From Macrostomum lignano (lineage: Eukaryota), in the NCBI GenBank assembly GCA_002269645.1, contig NIVC01001389.1, positions 62,001 to 126,000 on the forward strand: a stretch of 64,000 nt of DNA, in the 5' to 3' direction. A program made the position numbers and the translations under genes. The notes under the pieces were generated by a model. The model did no database searches and had not been told where the DNA came from. It was given only the letters and a program-made list of their open reading frames with translations. Positions 58,655 through 64,000 of this stretch are shown in pieces (within the stretch, counting starts at the first letter, position 1; each line of letters starts with the position of its first letter).

Positions 58655-58794
58655 CCTGCGAGCTGCTGTTGTGGCTGCTGCTGCTCTGAAGAGCTCGAAA
58701 CTCAACAGGAATGCGGGATTGGAGCTTTGATGAAGAAGGCGTAATACGGTATCCACCAGCACAAGCCTTATGTTGCTATGGAGCTCTGAGACAC

Positions 58795-59542
58795 TGTTCA
58801 AGTCAAATTACCCCGTTGCTATGGAGCTTTAAGATAGTGTTTAAATCAAATTACCCCGTTGCTATGGAGCTTTAAGATAGTGTTCAAGTCAAATTACCCC
58901 GTTGCTATGGAGCTTTAAGATAGTGTTCAAGTCAAATTACCCCGTTGCTATGGAGCTTTAAGATAGTGTCAAATTACCCCGTTGCTATGGAGCTTTAAGA
59001 TAGTGTTTAAATCAAATTACCCCGTTGCTATGGAGCTCTAAGATAGTGTTCAAGTCAAATTACCCCGTTGCTATGGAGCTTTAAGATAGTGTTCAAGTCA
59101 AATTACCCCGTTGCTATGGAGCTTTAAGATAGTGTTCAAGTCAAATTACCCCGTTGCTATGGAGCTTTAAGATAGTGTTCAAGTCAAATTACCCCGTTGC
59201 TATGGAGCTTTAAGATAGTGTCAAATTACCCCGTTGCTATGGAGCTTTAAGATAGTGTTCAAGTCAAATTACCCCGTTGCTATGGAGCTTTAAGATAGTG
59301 TTTAAATCAAATTACCCCGTTGCTATGGAGCTTTAAGATAGTGTTTAAATCAAATTACCCCGTTGCTATGGAGCTTTAAGATAGTGTTTAAATCAAATTA
59401 CCCCGTTGCTATGGAGCTTTAAGATTGTGTTCAAGTCAAATTACCCCGTTGCTATGGCGCTTTAAGATAGTGTTAAATTACCCCGTTGCTATGGAGCTTT
59501 AAGATAGTGTTCAAGTCAAATTACCCCGTTGCTATGGAGCTA
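58795..59542. repeat. 43-bp minisatellite (CAAGTCAAATTACCCCGTTGCTATGGAGCTTTAAGATAGTGTT) upstream of SPATA20
   Basis: About 17 copies. Confidence 0.97.
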
Positions 59543-60179
59543 TGACGCTTTGCACAATATATTAGCGGTATCCAGGGTAAACAAGAACCTGATTTGAATT
59601 TCGCACCCATTTTCTGGGTGAGGAACATTTTTTAGAGATTCTTAGAAAATTTTGCGGAAAAAGTTATAAACTCTACATATCGGGAGAATAAGCAGCCTAA
59701 AGCCTTCAGTCTTAAGCTAGGCGATTATAAAAAATAAAAAACATTAAAGAAAGTACGTCGTTCAAATAATCGTACAAGCGCACGCGATAAGATTAAAGAT
59801 GAGTGAAAGCTCGGGAGTACAAATCGTTTATTGTGCACACATAATAGAAGTTCATTTTAGTTGCTAAATAAGCATGCAAGAAGACTCAGGATTCATGCAG
59901 TTGTGCCTTGACCGAGTTCCGCTCAAAAACATGTACAATTAATGGTTGAAGCATCGCAAAAGATTATGACTACAGAGAGCAGATTCTTGATTGCAAGATA
60001 TTATTAACGGGTTAACATGAAAATTAAACGCATGCGCACTACTGATAGTAGAAAATTTGACTAAAAACTATTGCTATCCCAGCTGCACAGAAAATAAGAC
60101 AAATCGATGAGGATCACAAAACTTGCGTTATTTAGCCTGTCTTCTGGCCTCTTGCTGCCCAATTAATCAGAGAACGCAA

Positions 60180-60490
60180 GTCTTCTCAACCAATCAGAGG
60201 ACAACAGCCTTTAATCCTCAACCAATCAGAGAACAGCAATTATTCTCTCCTCAACTAATTAGAAAACAGCAAGTCTTTTCTTCTCAACCAATCAGAGAAC
60301 AGAAAGTCTTTTCTCCCCAACCAATTAGACAACAAGTCTTTTCTCCTCAACCAATCAGAGGACAGCAAGCCTTTCATCCTCAACCAATAAAAGAACAGCA
60401 GGTCTTTTCTCCTCAACCAATCAGTGAACAGCAAGTCTTTTCGCCCCAACCAATCAGAACAGCAACTATTCTCTCCTTAACCAATCAGAG
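60180..60490. repeat. About 33-bp CCAATCAG-containing degenerate repeat abutting the CNPY stop codon
   Basis: AACCAATCAGAGAACAGCAAGTCTTTTCTCCTC-type units. Confidence 0.85.
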
Positions 60491-61168
60491 TTCGTCCTTC
60501 TCGTCGGGGTACTTCTCGCCCAGACAGGCCTCCTCCCTTCCTCTCAGCACCCGCTGGCGGCACAGGAAGTCGGCCAGGCGAACCCCAGCGGACCGGCCAG
60601 TGAAGAACCAGTCCCGGATGTCGTCCTCCCAGGTCTCAATGAGAGCTTCGCATTCCTTCTTTAACGAGTGCACCTCGGTTGGGGCGGAGTCCCACAGCTC
60701 CTTGGGAATGCCGAGGTCCACCTTTACGCCTCTGCAGGTGTGATAATTCAAGATTCAAAGTATTTGCTGCATAATGGGATCAAAGGAGCCAGTTACTCAA
60801 ACTCACTTGGCAACCAGGCTATCCAGTGTCTTGAAGGTGACAGACTTTCCCGGCTTGAACCGCAGGCTGTTTTTGTGCTCCTTGTGCAGTTGGTAGGCCA
60901 GCAGGCGGTCGCACAGCGGCGGATTCTCCAGAACTTCAATGAGGCGCAGCTCGCTGTCCTTGTAGGGCACTGCGGCCTTGGTCATGACCACCGAGTGCGA
61001 CTCAGTCTCAGCCAGGCGCTTCTCCAGCTCAATCACTGAGTACTTGCAAACCTCACACAGTGTGGGCTGCCGAACTCCGTGCTCGTCTTCTTTGGTTACC
61101 AGATCTGCGGCCCTAGCAACGAGCAGGCAACAGGCAGCAAGATGGAGAAACCTCATTGTTGTTGCCAT
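60485..61168 (-). CDS. Canopy family ER protein (CNPY3/CNPY4-like, saposin-B fold) ending in KDEL
   Basis: Exon 61168-60807 (signal peptide; LCEVCKYSVIEL..YKDSELRLIEVLE..LCDRLLAYQLHKE) and exon 60731-60485 (GVKVDLGIPKELWD..LKKECEALIE..DWF..DFLC..CL..KDEL*). Confidence 0.93.
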
Positions 61169-61275
61169 GCCAAAATTTTTAGAAAGTTGGCATCAAGGAC
61201 AGAATTTAAACTGAAAATTAGCCAAGACTGTTTTAGACCACCTAGGTCTGCCTCACCCTGATTAATTAACAATCT

Positions 61276-61560
61276 ACTAGGCCTGCCCACTCTGGCCAAT
61301 TAGAGATCGACTAGGCCTGCCCACTCTGGCCAATTAGAGATCGACTAGGCCTGCCCACTCTGGCCAATTAGAGATCGACTAGGCCTGCCCACTCTGGCCA
61401 ATTAGAGATCGACTAGGCCTGCCCACTCTGGCCAATTAGAGATCGACTAGGCCTGCCCACTCTGGCCAATTAGAGATCGACTAGGCTTGCCTCACTCTGG
61501 CCAATTAGAGATCGACTAGGCCTGCCCCACTCTGGCCAATCAGCGACCGCCTAGGTCTGC
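61276..61560. repeat. 34-bp minisatellite (CTAGGCCTGCCCACTCTGGCCAATTAGAGATCGA) upstream of CNPY
   Basis: About 8 copies. Confidence 0.95.
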
Positions 61561-62494
61561 TTTACCCTAACCAATTAGAAACTCTGCTTTGACTATCTTG
61601 TGTGAAATGAAAGAACAAGCAACAGTAAGAGCATATATCAGCAGTTATCGAAACAACTTCTGTTCCAGTTAAACATTTTTATTTCAAGCCCCAAACAGGC
61701 AGCAGACAAAATACGCGGACTCGTCTAATGTCGCACTATTAATAAGCAAAGAAGGGAAAAACAGAGAATGAAAAGACCAGTCGAAAAAAGCAAAAAGCCC
61801 AGAAAAATTCTGTCGTTGGATTCGGTGGTATTTGATCAGTTGGCGCCATCCGGCACTCTTAGCAGACAGAGCTGAGCATAAAAAGCAGTTAAAATAATGA
61901 CAATAAAAAGGACAGTCCAAAATTAAATAAAAAGCAAAGATTCACAGACGGGAAAACTAAAGAGATAAAAGTTTTGATTCGATTATAATTTAGCTTTTCT
62001 TATGCATTTCCAATTGCCAGTTCCCACTCCCCTATAAAACAGCAATTGAAGATTATAAGCACAGGCGGGATTAATGATTCAATTATTAGCACACAGATAA
62101 ACAACAGGGATAAACGGAGAAGAGGATTACGAATGAGTTCGAGCAGACAAAACAGTTTAGCATTCTGTCAAATTTAATGCGAGAGAAAATAAAACGCAGA
62201 GGATGAATAATTAATTAGCTCATCAGGGCAGCAGCCACGCCAAGTAATTCGGTAATTTTCTAAAAACATTCTCAGAGCAAATTTCAATTGGGCAATTCCG
62301 CATCTAGTTTGATCATAGAGATGGAGACTCAGCTGCTGACCCAGATTCAGCTTGCAGTCTCTGCAGCCTTTTCCAATCCCGTACGTTGATCATAATTAAC
62401 TAGTCTAGAATTGATTATTACTGACTAAATTGGAACATTAAAACACAACAGTTCTTATATCTAACATAACTTAGAACACACAGCAATCCTGGCA

Positions 62495-63432
62495 CTAAGA
62501 CTTTCCCGCCTTCCACACCCGGTGCAGGCGGGACTTGTCGTCGAACAGGGAGCGGATCATCATCACCTGGATGCCGGACACGAACAGCATCACCACCAGC
62601 TGGAAGATGGACCAGGTGCTCACCCGGGCATTGTTCGCGTCCATCATCATGCGATCGCGGGCCTCGTTGTTGCGGCTCTTGCTCAGCAAGTAGATGGTGC
62701 GCAGCAGGTGGTCCTCCACCTTGTCCGTGGATTTCTGCGGGGGGGGGGGGGTTATAGCTATTCGAAACAGCTGATGGAGTACTCACATCCAGCTACTGTA
62801 CGTAAATACATGTACAGCAATTTGCAAACAAACACACCAATGTACATTCATTAATGTACATACACCAATGCACACACACCAATGTACAGACACCAGTGTA
62901 CATACACCAATGTACATTCATCAGTGTACATACACCAGTGTACATACACCAGTGTACATACACCAATGTACGCAAATCAATGTACATACACTAAGTACAC
63001 ACAAAAATGTACATACACCAATGTACACACACCAATGTACACACACAAATGTACATACACCAATGTTCACACACCAATGTGCATACACCAATGTACACCA
63101 ATTTGGCAGCCACTTACGTAAAACTCCTCCCAGGAAAGCTCCATCTCGCGGAGACTGGTCCGCAGTCCCTCGGACAGCTGATCGGCGCCAGGCCGGAGGC
63201 CTTCGCGGCCCTGTTCGACATCGATGTTAAAGTACACGAGCTTGTCGTGCCAGGAAGAGTACCGGTTGTCCAGGCAGATCATGTAGGCCGGCAGGCGCAT
63301 GTCGGCAGTCGATTTGGCCGGGTCGAATGCAAAACTCGCCTCGCCGTAGGCTTTGCCGCGCCGATCGAACGCCAGCTTGCCGCCTGGCGAATTGATGAAG
63401 ACGTCAATGTCCAGACTGCCGCCGCTTGTCAC
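62495..63432 (-). CDS. p24/TMED GOLD-domain cargo receptor (gamma subfamily, TMED1/5-like); 5' exon outside or at the window edge
   Basis: Exon 63432-63118 (GGSLDIDVFINSPGG..YMICLDNRYSSWHDKLVYFNI) and exon 62734-62495 (EARDRMMMDANNARVSTWSIFQLVVMLFVSGIQVMMIRSLFDDK..*). Both junctions are phase 0. Confidence 0.9.
62825..63100. repeat. Degenerate GTACATACACCAAT-type repeat in a TMED intron
   Basis: Direct inspection. Confidence 0.85.
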
Positions 63433-63569
63433 CTGGGCGAGTGTTGGAATGTACAGGGCAGGGTCGGCTTGGTTATTGCAGCTTACAGCGGTTCTAATGC
63501 ATTAAAACGCCCACGCAAAACTACACGGCCTCAAAGTGCGCACGTCTACACAACATCTACGAGAAATAT

Positions 63570-64000
63570 ATAAAGCACACACCCGTGCAAACCCAAACAG
63601 GTTTAAAGTAAGAAACGCCCGTGCAAACTTGAATAATATTAGAGTACACACGACAGACAGGCCTGCAGGGACTTAAAGTACACACGACTAGGCAATTATG
63701 CATGGCCTTATGCATGGGAAGCTTAAGTAGCACTGAAATACACACACCCGCGCAACCAACACAGCCTTAGAGTACACACGCCCACGCACCAGTGTGGGCA
63801 CGGCCTTAGAGTACACACACCCGCGCACACCTGCACGGCCTTAGAGTACACACGCCCACGCAAACCTGCACGGCCTTAGAGTACACACACCTACGCAACC
63901 AACACAGCCTTAGAGTACACACGCCCACGCAAACCTGCACGGCCTTAGAGTACACACGCCCACGCAAACATGCACGGCCTTAGAGTACACACGCCCACGC
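63570..64000. repeat. About 35-bp repeat (GCCTTAGAGTACACACGCCCACGCAAACCTGCACG), runs off the window
   Basis: Direct inspection. Confidence 0.85.

Noticed and set aside
61276-61560. ER stress element (CCAAT-N9-CCACG) upstream of the ER protein CNPY
   Set aside because: CCAAT is present, but the sequence 9 nt downstream is ACTAG, not CCACG.

Overview
Eukaryotic animal genomic DNA. It has GC-rich GT-AG exons, AT-rich intergenic blocks, and introns packed with gene-specific minisatellites. This style suggests a free-living flatworm such as Macrostomum (inference only). Genes were assembled by reading exons and splice sites by eye. On the + strand: an acatalytic carbonic anhydrase-related protein (5' partial), legumain (10 exons), an AP1AR/gadkin-like adaptor, FGFR1OP2/SIKE, a frameshifted secreted PAN/LamG-like gene next to a Ty3/gypsy RT fragment, and a type I membrane protein with two PY motifs. 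On the - strand: an IAP-like BIR-UBA-RING gene with a frameshift, a neuropeptide precursor with 12 amidated FNG(G/E)MF copies, and a tandem run TMED(p24)-CNPY3/4-SPATA20-GATC-SUGCT. Mobile DNA comprises a hAT-type MITE with a perfect 8-bp TSD, a second MITE family in three copies, a Tc1/mariner relic, LINE and gypsy RT fragments, and about 30 tandem arrays. The most interesting leads are the multi-copy FNGGMFamide prohormone; GATC with no usable ATG, where a spliced-leader AUG would create a mitochondrial presequence (possible trans-spliced operon); a satellite amplified from Tc1 transposase coding sequence; and a 24-copy array carrying a full set of splice signals. No CRISPR arrays, rRNA or tRNA were recognised. 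Most long ORFs in the supplied track are translations of tandem repeats.
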